Assembly: GCA_016205145.1 (NCBI GenBank)
Contig: JACQJH010000002.1
Span: 420,001-452,000 of the forward strand
DNA: 32,000 bases
From: Candidatus Iainarchaeum sp.
Lineage (GTDB): Archaea > Iainarchaeota > Iainarchaeia > Iainarchaeales > JACQJH01
Reading direction: 5' to 3'
The notes beneath the pieces were generated by a model. It saw only the letters and a program-made list of their open reading frames with translations. It had not been told where the DNA came from and searched no databases. A program made the position numbers and the translations under genes. Position 1 is the stretch's first letter. Every line of letters begins with the position of its first letter. Of the stretch, positions 31,455 through 32,000 are shown piece by piece.

Positions 31455-31772
31455 TTGGCTGCTGTTCAAGAAGACGAGGAGAACGAGTTCCGCAGGATAA
31501 GGCTGCCAAGGGAGCGCGATTTGGAGCAGTTCGGCCTGGTCATCCAGCTCATGGGAACCGACCAGATCAAGGTTTTGTGCGCGGACGGAAAGGAACGGCA
31601 GTGCAGGATCCCCGGAAAGCTGAAAAAAAGGGTGTGGATCAGGCAGAACGACATTGTCATAATAAAATTGTGGGATTTCCAGCCGTCGAAAGCGGACATT
31701 GTGTGGCGGTTTTTCGGCCACCAGACCGAGTATTTGAAGCGCGAGGGCAGGCTCAAGGGGCTGCCCGTCTGA
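31455..31772 (+). CDS. eif1a: Translation initiation factor 1A (aIF1A)
   Basis: The S1-like core is RIRLPRE..EQFGLVIQLMG...IKVLCADGKERQCRIPGKLKKRVWIRQNDIVII. The start is tentatively TTG 31455 (GAGG 8 nt upstream). The track ORF starts at 31407. Confidence 0.88.
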   Translation: MAAVQEDEENEFRRIRLPRERDLEQFGLVIQLMGTDQIKVLCADGKERQCRIPGKLKKRVWIRQNDIVIIKLWDFQPSKADIVWRFFGHQTEYLKREGRLKGLPV

Positions 31773-31801
31773 TTTTACTGTTTTTTGCCCCCATTCCATT
31801 T

Positions 31802-32000
31802 ATGCACAAAAGTTTTTCCGAGGACAAGGTAATCAGCGAGGAGTCGCTGAGAAAGGTCTTTGAAAAGGTTTTCAACGAGCGCACCATGCGCTGCCTGTAT
31901 TCGCTTGCCTCAAAAGGCTATTTCCAGAGCCTTGAATTCCAGGTCAATGACGGCAAGGAAGCGCACGTTTTCAGGGCAGTGGATGCGTCGGGAACGTTCC
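31802..32000 (+). CDS. rio1: RIO-type serine/threonine kinase (Rio1), N-terminal part; continues beyond the window
   Basis: Manual translation gives MHKSFSEDKVISEESLRKVFEKVFNERTMRCLYSLASKGYFQSLEFQVNDGKEAHVFRA. The L..L...G....l...i..GKEA.VF pattern is the RIO N-terminal signature. It is adjacent to aIF1A. Confidence 0.8.
   Translation, partial: MHKSFSEDKVISEESLRKVFEKVFNERTMRCLYSLASKGYFQSLEFQVNDGKEAHVFRAVDASGTF

Noticed and set aside
1-32000. CRISPR arrays, rRNA genes, intact IS elements or prophage genes
   Set aside because: No regularly spaced direct repeats, rRNA-like segments or complete transposase or integrase genes were seen. Only the 73-aa transposase remnant at 28164-28385 is present.

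Overview
Archaeal chromosomal segment, roughly half GC by eye, tightly packed with information-processing genes. The gene set looks like a small-genome uncultivated lineage, but I cannot place it more precisely. On the minus strand at the left is the conserved exosome/proteasome superoperon: HD hydrolase, RNase P Pop5, psmA, SBDS, rrp4, rrp41, rrp42, L37Ae, rpoP, Brix. After that come L15e, a PP-loop tRNA thiolase, three tRNAs (Val-GAC, Ala-GGC, and Ser-CGA with an intron), and an Sm/MinD/Roadblock/NYN operon. Further right are aIF5A with agmatinase, aspartate kinase, an M50-CBS protease, HIT, MetRS, MsrB/MsrA, nitroreductase, a redoxin and MCM. The window ends with a presenilin-like protease, DedA, and aIF2beta/DUF424/aIF1A/Rio1. 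No rRNA, CRISPR array or intact mobile element is visible. Non-routine signals:
(1) A modular, REP-like family of intergenic hairpin repeats at 7 loci. It has an invariant ACGAAA loop and covarying stems. Two near-identical copies lie in inverted orientation around a coiled-coil gene, bounded by two tRNAs.
(2) MetRS carries a single extra nucleotide inside its HIGH-motif codons, and a C-terminal B3/B4-type domain replaces the usual tRNA-binding appendix.
(3) An AT-rich ~1 kb islet after MCM holds a transposase remnant, a minimal DUF3883-type nuclease-fold gene and a small partner gene.
(4) Two paralogous small membrane genes are inserted inside the superoperon.
(5) There are several orphan proteins and very compact back-to-back promoters.
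All domain calls come from motif recognition by eye, not from database searches.
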